A stretch of DNA of 64,000 bases from an uncultured delta proteobacterium (GCA_963803435.1 CAWDML010000010.1:32001-96000); one strand, 5' to 3'. Positions 1 to 10,759 are shown, numbered from the stretch's first letter. Notes: a model not told the origin generated them from the sequence alone. Program-made: numbers and translations.

Positions 1-1
1 C

Positions 2-346
2 GGCCACGATCGGCTGAGTTCGGTGCGCGTGGTGGAGCCACGTCTCGATGTCGGTGTTGAGGCCGGGCTCGCCGGTGTCTGGATAGCAGGCGTCGATCGC
101 GTCCCGGGCCGACGCCCCGCTGGCGACCATCAGGTGCTCGCCGTCCCAGACGATCGAGTCGGCCAGCGGCGCCGGGAGGCCCGCCTCGATCGCGGCGCGG
201 GCCGCCTCGCTGGGGGCCGAGCGGAAAAAGACGTGGATCTCCGCCCACTCGTCATAGGTGGCGTCCCCGGCTCCCACGAAGAGGAACGGCCATGGGTCAT
301 CGAGAAAGATGCGGAAATGCTGTCCGATCCGAGCGCGGACCGCCAG
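2..346 (-). CDS. Hypothetical protein, 3' part runs off the window edge
   Basis: Minus-strand open frame (…HFRIFLDDPWPFLFVGAGDATYDEWAEIHVFFRS…) with high GC3; not in the ORF track; start codon uncertain. Confidence 0.5.
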   Translation of the reverse strand, partial: MAVRARIGQHFRIFLDDPWPFLFVGAGDATYDEWAEIHVFFRSAPSEAARAAIEAGLPAPLADSIVWDGEHLMVASGASARDAIDACYPDTGEPGLNTDIETWLHHAHRTQPIVA

Positions 347-474
347 CGCTCATTCGGTGAAGCCGATCAGGCGATCGGACCCTCATTGGGAACGGATGGG
401 CGCGGATGGAGTACCCAGGTTCTCATGCCGTGGACGGATTGTGGTCGGACGCGGTGGCCTGCACTTTGCGTCGG

Positions 475-1650
475 GTGGACCGGTTGCGCCGAGCAGCGGT
501 GATCGTGGTCTTGCTGGCCGGGTGTGGGCACGAAGAGCTGCCGGACGGCCCCCGATCGGATGCGGGCGAGGGTGACGCGCCCGCGTTCGACGCTTCCGAG
601 CCCGACGCCGCGGTCGTCGCCGAGAAGGATGCAGGCCAGCTTGCGGACAGCGGCGAGCTCGGCTTGGACACCGGGATCGATCCGCCGATCGAGGAGGGAC
701 CGACCGGGTTCATCGGTGCACCGTGCAAGGCCGATACGGACTGCACGTACGAGGGCGGCGTCTGTCTCACCGACGGCTTTCCGCGCGGGAGCTGCTCCCT
801 CGCGTGCGATCGCTTCTGTCCCGACCGCGCCGGCAGCCCGACGACCTTCTGCGTCGCCACCTCCGAGCTCCCCAGCGCCGGCGATCTCTCGTCGGTCGGC
901 GCGTGCGTCAGCCGGTGCGACTTCGGCGAGTTTCCGGAGGCCGGCTGTCGCCCCGACTACGGCTGCGTCGAGACCGGCCGCGTCAACGAGCCCGCGATCG
1001 AGGTGCCGGTCTGTCTCCCCGGTGCGACCCCCGACCTGGGGGACTGCCTCCAGGATCTGGCGGCTGCCGGCGTCGACTTCGAGCCGACCACCATCGCCGA
1101 CCAGGTCCCCGACGGCTACCCGAACCTGCGGTGTCACGTGGAGATGCCGGTGATCATCCACCCGCCGATCCACGGCATCGACCTGAAGTACTACGACGCC
1201 TCGCCCACCCCCAACATCCGCGCCGCCTGCAACATGGCGCTCGCGCTGTCGAAGTCGATCGACGACGTGGCCGCGCGCGGCGTGGTGGCGGTCCGGCACA
1301 TTGGAACGTACAACTGCCGGGTGATCGCCGGGACCGATCGGCTGTCTCGCCATGCGTACGGCGACGCGATCGACGTATACGGCTTCGAGCTCGCCGACGG
1401 TAGCCTGTACACGCTGGTCGATCACTGGGAGCACGACACCACCTCGCCGGTGACGCCAGCCGGGATGTTTCTCTATGACACCGCGCACCGCTGGCACGAT
1501 CAGCGACTGTGGACGATCATCCTGACGCCGAACTACAACGCCGCGCACGACAACCACATCCACGTGGACCTCACGCCCGGCTCGGATTTCATCGGTTTGC
1601 TGCCGCTCGACGATTTCGGGTACCTTGGCCCAGCGCCCTACGACGACTGA
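475..1650 (+). CDS. Lipoprotein with Cys-rich region and C-terminal extensin-like (M15/LAS-type Zn peptidase fold) domain
   Basis: Lipobox LLAGC; GTYNCR…SRHAYGDAID and YNAAHDNHIHVD motifs; GTG start chosen at 475. Confidence 0.8.
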   Translation: MDRLRRAAVIVVLLAGCGHEELPDGPRSDAGEGDAPAFDASEPDAAVVAEKDAGQLADSGELGLDTGIDPPIEEGPTGFIGAPCKADTDCTYEGGVCLTDGFPRGSCSLACDRFCPDRAGSPTTFCVATSELPSAGDLSSVGACVSRCDFGEFPEAGCRPDYGCVETGRVNEPAIEVPVCLPGATPDLGDCLQDLAAAGVDFEPTTIADQVPDGYPNLRCHVEMPVIIHPPIHGIDLKYYDASPTPNIRAACNMALALSKSIDDVAARGVVAVRHIGTYNCRVIAGTDRLSRHAYGDAIDVYGFELADGSLYTLVDHWEHDTTSPVTPAGMFLYDTAHRWHDQRLWTIILTPNYNAAHDNHIHVDLTPGSDFIGLLPLDDFGYLGPAPYDD

Positions 1651-1730
1651 CCCGACCGCGGTGGGGCGCGACGGCGCGCTCACAGTTGCAGTGGACCCGG
1701 GCAGTCCCGAGTGGATACACAACACCGGTC

Positions 1731-4700
1731 GTGGTCCAACGTGACGCTACCCTTGCCGGTCGCCTCTTCGGCAGCGGCGAGTGCGGGGCCTCGATGCGCG
1801 AGATCGATTGGGCGGGAACGCCCCTCGGACCGATCTCCCAATGGCCGCAGAGCCTTCGCACCACCCTCAGCATGGTCAGCGAGTCCAAGTTCGGGATGTA
1901 CGTCGCGTGGGGGCCGGACTACATCCAGTTCTACAACGACGGCTACCGTCCGATCCTCGGCTCGACCAAACATCCGGCGTTTGGCAGGAGCAGCCGCGAG
2001 ACGTTCAAGGAGAGCTGGCACATCATCGGACCGCTCTTCGAGCAGGTGCGTCGCGGCGAGGCGGTCGGGTCGGAAGATTGGATGCTGCCGCTCGATCGGA
2101 ACGGCTATCTCGAAGAGTGCTTCTTCACTTTCTCGTACAGCCCGATCCGCGACGAGAGCGGTGGCGTCGGCGGGGTCCTCGTCACGGTGGCCGAGACGAC
2201 CCCTCACGTCTTGAGCGGGCGGCGGATGAGCGTCCTCCGCGAGCTGGCGGCGCGCGCTGCGGAGGCGAAGACGGCGGAGCAGGCGTGGTCGGACGCGTCC
2301 GTCGTGCTGGCGGGGAGCGCCGCCGATCTGCCGTTCGTGGCGCTCTACGAGCTCGACCCCGAGGGATCCCGGGCCGACCGGGTCGGCCTGTGTCACCTGC
2401 CGTCGGACACCGCGCTCGCGCCGGAGACGTTCCGGCTCGACGACGGCGAAGGACCGCTCGCGATCGTCGGCGAGGCGGTGAGGACCCGCGCCGTTCGCGT
2501 GATCGACGGGGTCAGGGCGACGTTCGGCGAGCTGTTCGGCTCGCTGTGGCCCGAGCCCGTGGATCGCGTCGTGGTGCTGCCGATCAGCCGTCCCAGCGTC
2601 GCGAGGCCCTACGGTGCGCTGCTGGTCGGCGTGAGCCCGCGCCGAGCGCTCGACGATCAGTACCGGCTGTTCCTCGATCTGATCGCGGAGCACGTGGCCA
2701 CCGGTGTCGGGAATGCGCGCGCCCACCAAGAGGAGCGCAGGCGGACCGAGGCGCTCGCCGAGCTCGATCGCGCGAAGACCACGTTCTTCAGCAACGTCAG
2801 TCACGAGCTCCGGACGCCCTTGAGCCTGATGCTGGGGCCGCTCGAGGAGCTGTGCTCGGGCCGGAGTGGTGCGCTCTCGGCGGAGCAGCGCGCGGAGCTC
2901 GGCCTCATCCATCGCAACGGTCTGCGCCTGCTCAAGCTGGTCAACAACCTGCTCGACTTCGCCCGCATCGAGGCCGGTCGCGCCGACGCAGTGTTCGAGC
3001 CTTGCGAGCTCGCCTCCGCCACGGCCGAGATCGCGAGCGTGTTCAGGTCCGCCATCGAACGCGCCGGCCTCTCGTTCACCGTGGAGTGCCCTCTGCTGGA
3101 GGCGCCGGTCTTCGTCGACCGCGACATGTGGGAGAAGATCGTGCTCAACCTGCTGTCGAACGCGCTCAAGTTCACGTTCGAGGGCGGGATCTCCGTCCGC
3201 CTCACCGACCGTGAGGGCGGCGTCGTGCTCCAGGTCTCCGACACCGGCGCAGGCGTGCCGGCGATCGAGCTCCCGAACCTGTTCACCCGCTTCCACCGGA
3301 TCGTCGGAACGCCGTCGCGGAGCCACGAGGGGAGCGGCATCGGGCTGGCGCTGGTCGCCGAGCTGGTGCGGATCCACGGCGGAACCATCGCGGTGGACAG
3401 CCCTGAGGGCGCCGGGACGACGTTCACCGTGACCTTGCGCCGGGGCAGCGAGCATCTCCCCAAGGCGCACGTACGCGAGGCGGGCGGAAAGGCACCCTCC
3501 GTCTCGAGAGGGCGTCTGTTCGTCGACGAGGCGCGGCGCTGGTTACCGGATGCGGAGACGCCCAGCCAGGACGTCGTGCCCGCCGCGCAGAGATCGTCGG
3601 AGCGGATCATGGTGGTCGACGACAACGCCGACATGCGCAGCTATCTGACCCGGCTCCTCTCGCCGCGATGGGAGGTGGAGGCGGTCCCGGACGGCTTCGC
3701 GGCCCTCGAGAGCGCCCGCGTCCGGCCTCCCGATCTGATCCTGACAGACGTGATGATGCCGCGGATCGACGGCTATCATCTGCTGAGGGCCCTGCGCGCC
3801 GACCCGGTGACGCGTGCGATCCCGGCGATCGTCCTGTCGGCGCGCACGGGCGACGAGTCGCAGATCGAGGCGCTCGACGTGGGCGCGTACGATTACCTGA
3901 CCAAGCCGTTCAGCTCGCGCGAGCTGATCGCGCGGGTGAGCGCCCAGCTCGAGCTGAGCCGCATGCATCGGGCCGTGGACGGACGCCGCGCCGAGCTTTA
4001 CCAGCTGTTCATGCAGGCGCCGGCCCCCATCTGCGTGCTCAGGGGAGAGTCGCTGATCTTCGAGATGGCCAACCCTCTCTACGAGCGTATGGTTCAGCGG
4101 AGCGCGCTGGTCGGGATGACGCTGGCGGAGGCGCTCCCCACCGCCTGCGAGCAGGGCTTCGACGCGCTCCTGCGCCGGGTCATGGCCACCGGAGAGCCGG
4201 CTTACGGCGAGGAGAAGCTGCTGCACGTCGATCGTCGCGGAGAGGGTGTCGTCGAGGACACGTACTTCAACTTCGTGTACGCGCCGCTCCGGAGCGAGGG
4301 AGGCGCGAGCGATCGGGCGATGGTGTTCTGCATCGACGTCACCGACCAGGTGATGGCCCGGCGGCAGGCTGAGGCTGCCAGCCGCGCCAAGGACGAGTTT
4401 CTGGCGATGCTGGGGCACGAGCTCAGAAATCCGCTGTCACCGATCGTCACGGCCGTCGCGCTGATGAAGCAGCGCGACCCCGACATCCACTTTCGCGAGC
4501 GAATGGTGATCGAGCGCCAGACTCAGCACATGATCCGTCTGGTCGACGATCTCCTGGACGTCTCGCGGATCACGCGCGGAAAGATCCAGCTCCACAAGCA
4601 GCAGCTCGAGCTTTACGACGTGGTCGCAAGCGCGATCGAGACCGTGAGCCCGCTCCTGGAGGAGCGACGCCATCAGCTCGAGCTCGACGTACCGCGCACC

Positions 4701-5465
4701 GGACTGCGGGTCTTCGGCGATCCGATCCGGCTCGCGCAGATCGTCGCCAACCTAGTGACCAACGCCGCCAAGTACACGAGCCCGGGCGGCCGGATCGAGG
4801 TCCGCGCATCCGCGCAGGACGGTGAGGCCGAGCTCCGCGTGCGCGACAACGGGGTCGGGATCGCGTCCCACCTGCTACCCAAGGTGTTCGATCTGTTCGT
4901 CCAGGGTGACGACCGACCCAGCCATGGGATCGGCGGTCTCGGTCTCGGGCTGGCGCTGGTGCGAAGCTTGACCAACCTCCACGGCGGAACCGTGACCGCG
5001 TACAGCGAGGGACCTGGCCACGGAAGCGAGATGGTGGTGCGGATGCCGTTGATCGCGCGCGCCCACAAGGTCGGCCGCGTGTACGCATCCCCCAGCGTCG
5101 GCAAGTCCAGGACCCGGCACCGGGTGCTGGTGGTCGACGATAACCAGGACGCAGCCCAGCTCCTGGCAGAGGCGCTCCGCGCGCTGGGACACGAGGCGCT
5201 GGTCGCGTTCGACGGTCCCTCGGCGATCTCGAGCGCGGAGGCGTTTCAGCCCGAGGTGGTCCTGCTCGACATCGGTCTTCCGCTGATGGACGGGTACGAA
5301 GTGGCGCGCCGGCTGCGCGAGCTCCATCCAGATCGTGGCCTTCGTCTGATCGCGGTTACCGGCTACGGATCCCTGCGCGATCAGCAGCGCGCCGCCGCCG
5401 CGGGGTTCGACCGGCACATGATCAAGCCGATCGATCTCGAGGAGCTGACCTCGGCGCTCGATTGA
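1731..5465 (+). CDS. Double hybrid sensor histidine kinase/response regulator (PAS-like, GAF, HisKA, HATPase, REC, PAS, HisKA, HATPase, REC)
   Basis: H-boxes NVSHELRTPL and MLGHELRNPL; two HATPase G-boxes; REC motifs VVDDN…DVMMP and VVDDN…DIGLP; N-terminal DWAGTPLGP..WPQSL. Confidence 0.93.
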   Translation: MVQRDATLAGRLFGSGECGASMREIDWAGTPLGPISQWPQSLRTTLSMVSESKFGMYVAWGPDYIQFYNDGYRPILGSTKHPAFGRSSRETFKESWHIIGPLFEQVRRGEAVGSEDWMLPLDRNGYLEECFFTFSYSPIRDESGGVGGVLVTVAETTPHVLSGRRMSVLRELAARAAEAKTAEQAWSDASVVLAGSAADLPFVALYELDPEGSRADRVGLCHLPSDTALAPETFRLDDGEGPLAIVGEAVRTRAVRVIDGVRATFGELFGSLWPEPVDRVVVLPISRPSVARPYGALLVGVSPRRALDDQYRLFLDLIAEHVATGVGNARAHQEERRRTEALAELDRAKTTFFSNVSHELRTPLSLMLGPLEELCSGRSGALSAEQRAELGLIHRNGLRLLKLVNNLLDFARIEAGRADAVFEPCELASATAEIASVFRSAIERAGLSFTVECPLLEAPVFVDRDMWEKIVLNLLSNALKFTFEGGISVRLTDREGGVVLQVSDTGAGVPAIELPNLFTRFHRIVGTPSRSHEGSGIGLALVAELVRIHGGTIAVDSPEGAGTTFTVTLRRGSEHLPKAHVREAGGKAPSVSRGRLFVDEARRWLPDAETPSQDVVPAAQRSSERIMVVDDNADMRSYLTRLLSPRWEVEAVPDGFAALESARVRPPDLILTDVMMPRIDGYHLLRALRADPVTRAIPAIVLSARTGDESQIEALDVGAYDYLTKPFSSRELIARVSAQLELSRMHRAVDGRRAELYQLFMQAPAPICVLRGESLIFEMANPLYERMVQRSALVGMTLAEALPTACEQGFDALLRRVMATGEPAYGEEKLLHVDRRGEGVVEDTYFNFVYAPLRSEGGASDRAMVFCIDVTDQVMARRQAEAASRAKDEFLAMLGHELRNPLSPIVTAVALMKQRDPDIHFRERMVIERQTQHMIRLVDDLLDVSRITRGKIQLHKQQLELYDVVASAIETVSPLLEERRHQLELDVPRTGLRVFGDPIRLAQIVANLVTNAAKYTSPGGRIEVRASAQDGEAELRVRDNGVGIASHLLPKVFDLFVQGDDRPSHGIGGLGLGLALVRSLTNLHGGTVTAYSEGPGHGSEMVVRMPLIARAHKVGRVYASPSVGKSRTRHRVLVVDDNQDAAQLLAEALRALGHEALVAFDGPSAISSAEAFQPEVVLLDIGLPLMDGYEVARRLRELHPDRGLRLIAVTGYGSLRDQQRAAAAGFDRHMIKPIDLEELTSALD

Positions 5466-5478
5466 ACAAGTCCAGCCG

Positions 5479-7218
5479 CTAGAGCTCGTAGCTCCGCAGC
5501 TCCGCCACGATGTCCTCCGGCACGCCCGGGATCCGGAGGAGGCTGCTCACCAGCGGATGCTCGACGCACCAGTAACCTTGGCCGGGACGGCGGTCGAGCA
5601 GGTCGAGGAAGCGATCGATCACCATCGGTCCGTGCTCGGGCTCGTCCCGCGCGAGCTCGGTGAGCGCGATGATCGCGGCCGAGGAGGTCCAGTCGATCGG
5701 GCCCAGGAGGAGCGACATCAGCGCGTGGCGGCGGACCGAGTCCTCCCAGCCCTCGTCGATGTAGAGGAGCACCAGCGCGGCCGCGACCTGGACGCGGAAC
5801 ATCCATACCCATTCGGTCGAGTGCTCCGGGCGCGCCGGTGGATGGAGCATCGCACCCAGCACCGACTCGACCTGGGTGAAGCCGATGGCCCGGCCGACGC
5901 GCCGCGCGCGCGCCTTCCAGTCCTCGATGGAGAACCTCGACAGCGCGATCTCGGCGAGCTGGGCGCCCACCTCTGGATCCGGCGGCCCCATCGCAGGGGA
6001 GGGCGTCACGCCGTCGTAGCGCCAGAGCCGGTAGGTCACCTCGCCCCAGGGATCGCGCGGATCGGGGTCGGGGATCGCGAGCGCTTGGACGACCAGGTGG
6101 AAGCCGGTGACGCGGCGGAGCAGGCGCTGCGTCGACAGGTGCGCGCTGGGCGCCTCCAGGCAGGAGGTCTCCATCTCGACGGAGGTGCCGGTCTCGGAGC
6201 GCTCGCCGGAGAACTGATCGATGACGCGGGAGGCGGCGTTGACCGAGGCCTCCGCCGGCTCGGGGAGGAAGCCCACGTACGGTGTGCCCGCGTCGAGAAG
6301 CTGGCGAGCGCGATCGTTGTCCGGCGAGGCCTCCGTGAGGGCCTCGAGCTCGTCGCGCCAGGTGGGGTCGCCGTCGTGGAGCCACTTCAGGTAGAGCTTC
6401 GACGCGAGCGCCCACGGGTGATTGGCCTCGATCTCGAGCGCCTCCTCGTACGCGACCAGGGCGGCGGCGGTCTCGCCCAGATCGAGGGAGAGGTCGCCGA
6501 TGTCGAGGCGTGCCGCGATGTCCTCGGGCTCGAACTGGAGCGCCCGGCGGAAGGCGTTGATCGCCTCCTCGATGTCGCCGCGCTCGCGATGGGCGCCGGC
6601 CAGCGCGACGCTGACCAGATAGCTGGGGGCGGCCTGGTCGAGCTCGCTTGCCACCTCGAGCGACAGGTCGAGATTTCCGGCGCGGCGGGCCGCGATCGAG
6701 TGCACGAACCCGAGCCGCTGCGCCAGCCGGTGGTGCTCGCGCACGCGTCCGATGCGCTTGACCACCTCGGGCAAGGCAGCCTGCGCGAAGCGAGGATCCT
6801 CCTTCGGCTGATCGAGGCTATCGATGCACTTCTGACAGGAGATGGCGAACATCTCCGGGTCGACGCTCTCGATCACCCCGTCGCGCTCGAACCAGCGATC
6901 GACCCACTCGAGATAGGGGACGTCGGGCTTGGCGCCGACCACCTGCATGACCAGATCGATCGCGTCCTCGTACTCGCCGCGCTGCGCGTGGATGTAAGCT
7001 CGGAGGGCTACGGTGCCGTAGAAGGCGCCGTCCTCGGTGGGGGCGAGCGCGAGCGGATCGTCGGTCTGTCGGATGAGCTCGTCGATCAACTCCAGATACG
7101 GCGGTCCGAGGGGGTCGATCGCGATCGCGCAGGCCACGTGGTGGGCGGCGTGGTGAAGGTCGCCGGACGCCAGCGCTCGCCTCGCGAGCTCGAGATCCTG
7201 CGCGGGCGTCGGAAACAC
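5479..7218 (-). CDS. Tetratricopeptide-repeat protein
   Basis: TPR-like helices (GDIEEAINAFRRALQFEPED; GETAAALVAYEEALEIEANH); GTG start inferred. Confidence 0.8.
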   Translation of the reverse strand: MFPTPAQDLELARRALASGDLHHAAHHVACAIAIDPLGPPYLELIDELIRQTDDPLALAPTEDGAFYGTVALRAYIHAQRGEYEDAIDLVMQVVGAKPDVPYLEWVDRWFERDGVIESVDPEMFAISCQKCIDSLDQPKEDPRFAQAALPEVVKRIGRVREHHRLAQRLGFVHSIAARRAGNLDLSLEVASELDQAAPSYLVSVALAGAHRERGDIEEAINAFRRALQFEPEDIAARLDIGDLSLDLGETAAALVAYEEALEIEANHPWALASKLYLKWLHDGDPTWRDELEALTEASPDNDRARQLLDAGTPYVGFLPEPAEASVNAASRVIDQFSGERSETGTSVEMETSCLEAPSAHLSTQRLLRRVTGFHLVVQALAIPDPDPRDPWGEVTYRLWRYDGVTPSPAMGPPDPEVGAQLAEIALSRFSIEDWKARARRVGRAIGFTQVESVLGAMLHPPARPEHSTEWVWMFRVQVAAALVLLYIDEGWEDSVRRHALMSLLLGPIDWTSSAAIIALTELARDEPEHGPMVIDRFLDLLDRRPGQGYWCVEHPLVSSLLRIPGVPEDIVAELRSYEL

Positions 7219-7331
7219 GAGCCGGAGTCTAAACCCTTCGGAACCTAGTTCGCCATTCGAGCGAGTCTTCGCGAAGGGCTCCGATATTCGACGCATTCCC
7301 CGGATCCTCGGATTGTTTGAGGGTGACGTCG

Positions 7332-9395
7332 ATGCGCCGGACCGTCCTCTGCTTCGCTCTCCTCGCCGCCTGCAGCCACGATCCCCAGGGCGACGACTGT
7401 TCGAGCAAATCGAACTGTGTCGACACCGACGCGGGCGCTGGCGGCGACGACGCCGGCACGATGGGCAGCGACGGAGGGATCAGGACGCTGACCTCCATCG
7501 CGATCGATCCGAGCGACGTCGAGCTGCTCTCCGAAGACGGCGCGCGCCCCACGCAACAGTTCGCGGTGAAGGGGCATTTCTCGGACGGCACCGAGGGTCC
7601 GGTGGTCGGCGCCGCCTTCTCGATCGACACGCTGGCGATCGGGGTCATCGACGAGGTCGCAGGACGCTTCGTCGCCAACGGGACGGTGGGCGGCACGGCG
7701 GTGGTGACGGTGACGGTCAAGAACGGCGGGCCCGATCTCACGGCCGAGTCCCACCTGCGCGTGAAGCTCGAACGCATCGTGATCGGCCCGGGGGTCGCGC
7801 CGGACGCTCCCGATCTCTTCGACACCGCGCCCCTGTTCGATCCGGCCCGCGCCGCGGCCGTGGTCTATCCGCTCGACGGCGCCGTCATGCCCGAGAACGT
7901 ATTCCCGGCCGAGGTACAGTGGTTGAACGGGGTCGCCGGAGATCTGTTCATGGTGGAGGTGAAGAAGCCGAGCGCGCGCGTGGTGGCGTTCCTGGCGCAC
8001 GACGGTGCGTTCACCAACTCGTGGCCCGTCGATCTGCGCGGGTGGCGGGCGGTGGCGCAGAGCGAGCAGGACCAGCCCGCGATGGTGACCGTGTTGCGGC
8101 GCGACGGGGCCACCGGACAGATCGTCGACTCACCCTCGGTCGCGATCCGTTTCGTCCCCGGATCGCTGGCCGGGAGCGTCTACTTCTGGGACATCGGGCA
8201 ACGGCGCATCCTGCGGATCGACGACGGCAGCAACACGGCCGTCTCCTTCATGCCGAACCCGCCGAACCCGGCGCCCGATACTCCGGGAGGCCCGATCCCC
8301 GAGAACTGCGTCGGCTGCCACAGTGTCTCCACCAGCGGGCGCTACCTGGCGGGACGGTTGGGCCCCGGCAACAACATCGGTGGGATCTTCGATCTGACGC
8401 TGGACCTCACGCAGCAACCGGTGCCGACGGAGTTCCCGGTGGTCTCGGACCCGCCGTCGCTCAAGTGGTGGTTCTCGTCCTGGAACCCGGAGGACACGCG
8501 GGTGGTCGTCAGCACCGACGAGGCGACGGCGCAAGCTACCCTGCGGTTCTTGGATCCGTTCGCGGGTGTGTTCGTCGATCCGGTCCAGGGGACCATGCCG
8601 GTGGGCGGCGTGACCCATCCCTCGTGGGCGCCCGACGGATCCGCGATCGCATATATCGCGAACGCCGACTCCTGGGGTGGCGTGAACACGACCGGCGACG
8701 TGGCGCTCCTCCCGATCTTGGGGCTCGACGCGGTGGGCACGCCCGGAGTGATCCACCGCGGCGCGGATCTGGCGGCCGCCGTCCCGAACGGTCTCGCGGA
8801 CAGCTACCCGACCTGGAGCCCCGACTCCGGGTGGCTGGCCTTTGCGCACGGGACCAGCTCCCGCAGCGAGAACGGAGCCGCCGCGCTCTACCTGATGAAG
8901 CGCGACGGCTCAGCGGTGGTCCGGCTCGATCGCGCCTCCGGCGGGACCGCGACCGCGGACACCTTTCAGCCCAAGTTCTCCCCGTTCCATGCGGGCGGAT
9001 ACTTCTGGGTGAGCTACCTGACCCGGCGCGACTACGGAAACGCGCTGGCCGGTACGCGCGGGAGCGCCCGCCAGCAGATCTGGGTCTCCGCCATCAGCGA
9101 CGCGCCCCGGGCGGGCGCCGATCCCAGCGAGGTCGGCTACTGGCTCCCGGGTCAGAGCCTCGGCTCCGAGAACATCTCCGCGTTCTGGGCGCCGCGTCCC
9201 TGCCGGCAGGACGGGGATGCCTGCGAGGTGGCGAGCTCGTGCTGCAGCGGGGACTGCCGGCCCGATCAAGGCGGCGCGCTGGTGTGCTCCCCGGTGATGG
9301 AGGGCGTGTGTCGCGAGGGCGGTCAGCCGTGCGGCGCCGACGGCGAATGCTGTGACGATCTGGTCTGCATCGGCGCGGTCTGCGCGAGCCTCTGA
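7332..9395 (+). CDS. Lipoprotein with Ig-like domain, TolB/PD40-like beta-propeller, single CxxCH and Cys-rich C-terminus
   Basis: Lipobox LLAAC; THPSWAPDG, SYPTWSPDS, FQPKFSP repeats; NCVGCH; terminal CCSG/CCDD clusters. Confidence 0.8.
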   Translation: MRRTVLCFALLAACSHDPQGDDCSSKSNCVDTDAGAGGDDAGTMGSDGGIRTLTSIAIDPSDVELLSEDGARPTQQFAVKGHFSDGTEGPVVGAAFSIDTLAIGVIDEVAGRFVANGTVGGTAVVTVTVKNGGPDLTAESHLRVKLERIVIGPGVAPDAPDLFDTAPLFDPARAAAVVYPLDGAVMPENVFPAEVQWLNGVAGDLFMVEVKKPSARVVAFLAHDGAFTNSWPVDLRGWRAVAQSEQDQPAMVTVLRRDGATGQIVDSPSVAIRFVPGSLAGSVYFWDIGQRRILRIDDGSNTAVSFMPNPPNPAPDTPGGPIPENCVGCHSVSTSGRYLAGRLGPGNNIGGIFDLTLDLTQQPVPTEFPVVSDPPSLKWWFSSWNPEDTRVVVSTDEATAQATLRFLDPFAGVFVDPVQGTMPVGGVTHPSWAPDGSAIAYIANADSWGGVNTTGDVALLPILGLDAVGTPGVIHRGADLAAAVPNGLADSYPTWSPDSGWLAFAHGTSSRSENGAAALYLMKRDGSAVVRLDRASGGTATADTFQPKFSPFHAGGYFWVSYLTRRDYGNALAGTRGSARQQIWVSAISDAPRAGADPSEVGYWLPGQSLGSENISAFWAPRPCRQDGDACEVASSCCSGDCRPDQGGALVCSPVMEGVCREGGQPCGADGECCDDLVCIGAVCASL

Positions 9396-9436
9396 AGTTC
9401 CTCGCCACCCCTCGCTCCGGCCGCTAGCCTCCGGGC

Positions 9437-9922
9437 ATGCACCTCGAAGGTTCGTGTCACTGCGGGCGCGTGCGGTTCTCGCTGGAGAGCCGTGACCCGT
9501 ACCCTTTCATGCGCTGCTACTGCTCGATCTGCCGCAAGACCGGCGGTGGGGGCGGCTACCTGATCAACCTCGACGGCGACGCGTCGACGCTCGAGGTGCA
9601 GGGCCGCGAGCACGTGAAGATCTATCAGGCCACGCTCGAGCGCAGCGGCAAGAAGTCGAAGAGCCAGCATCAACGTCACTTTTGTGGCGAGTGCGGCAGC
9701 CACCTCTGGGCCTTCCATCCCAAGTGGCCCGAGCATCTGCATCCGGTGGCCAGCGCGATCGACACGCCGCTGCCCGAGCCGCCGGAGAACGTCCACATCA
9801 TGCTGGGCTCGAAGGCGCCCTGGGTGGCCGTTGAAGGCAAGCCCGGTGACGCCCGCTTCGACGAGTACCCGGAGCAGTCGCTCATGCAGTGGCACGAGGC
9901 GCGCGGGTTGCTGATCGGCTGA
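9437..9922 (+). CDS. GFA/CENP-V family protein
   Basis: GSCHCG…CYCSICRK…RHFCGECGSHLW Zn-ligand pattern. Confidence 0.92.
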   Translation: MHLEGSCHCGRVRFSLESRDPYPFMRCYCSICRKTGGGGGYLINLDGDASTLEVQGREHVKIYQATLERSGKKSKSQHQRHFCGECGSHLWAFHPKWPEHLHPVASAIDTPLPEPPENVHIMLGSKAPWVAVEGKPGDARFDEYPEQSLMQWHEARGLLIG

Positions 9923-9925
9923 CGC

Positions 9926-10759
9926 TCACTCGACGCCCCACCAGCGCTGCCAGGCCCGCGAGATCTCGTCGCGCTCGGGATCGGAGGCGCTCGCGCGCGT
10001 CGGATCACCGAACGTCTGGCCCGTGATGCTCTCGAGGATCGCGATGATCGCGTCGCCGACGATCTTCGGATCGACGACGTTGTCGCCGATCCGGTACGGC
10101 CCCGGCGCGATCGGCTCCGGGTCGCCCACGTGCGCGATCAGGAGCTCGACCGCCGGGTCGCCGCACGCGATCAGCTCGTCGAGGTGGGCCTGCACGGTCT
10201 CGGCGCCGGCGGTCCCCAGCGTCCGGACCGAATCCTCGATCGCGCGGCGGTACGGTACCTCGACGTCGGGCGCCCTTCGGAGTCGGTCCGTCTCGAAGGC
10301 GCTGCGCAGGTCCTGGATCGTCCGCGGTGAGTCCCCGACGGCCAGCCGGACCAGCTCGACGTCCGCGACCATGATGTCGGCCGTTCCGGTGCTCAGACCG
10401 ACCAGGAGCGATCCGTTGGGGAGCAGATCGCCAATCGCATAGGCCCGGAGATCTCCGGTGGTGAGATCGCGGATCTCGGCTCGGCTCTGCTCCCATCCTG
10501 TCTCCAGCCGGACGCGCTCCAGGGCGAGGCCTGGGGCACGCCCCGACACCGCGACGTCCGCCGTCGCCCGCACGTTCACCGGCACCGCGCGATCGCGCGC
10601 CGCCACCACCGGCGGCTGGGGCATCTCGATCCCCACGGGCAGCGACTCCACCGGCGACGCGTCCGGCTCGGTCAGCACCGACACCAGCGCCGCAGCGCTC
10701 CCTGCGAACAGGAGCGACGCCAGCACCACGCCGGCGCTGCCCACGGTCTGACGATCCAC
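9926..10759 (-). CDS. Membrane-anchored hypothetical protein with GspC/PilP-like beta domain and HEAT-like C-terminus
   Basis: N-terminal TM; SRAEIRD…RAYAIGDLLPNGSLLV; C-terminal LESITGQTFG…WQRWW; start inferred. Confidence 0.55.
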   Translation of the reverse strand: MDRQTVGSAGVVLASLLFAGSAAALVSVLTEPDASPVESLPVGIEMPQPPVVAARDRAVPVNVRATADVAVSGRAPGLALERVRLETGWEQSRAEIRDLTTGDLRAYAIGDLLPNGSLLVGLSTGTADIMVADVELVRLAVGDSPRTIQDLRSAFETDRLRRAPDVEVPYRRAIEDSVRTLGTAGAETVQAHLDELIACGDPAVELLIAHVGDPEPIAPGPYRIGDNVVDPKIVGDAIIAILESITGQTFGDPTRASASDPERDEISRAWQRWWGVE

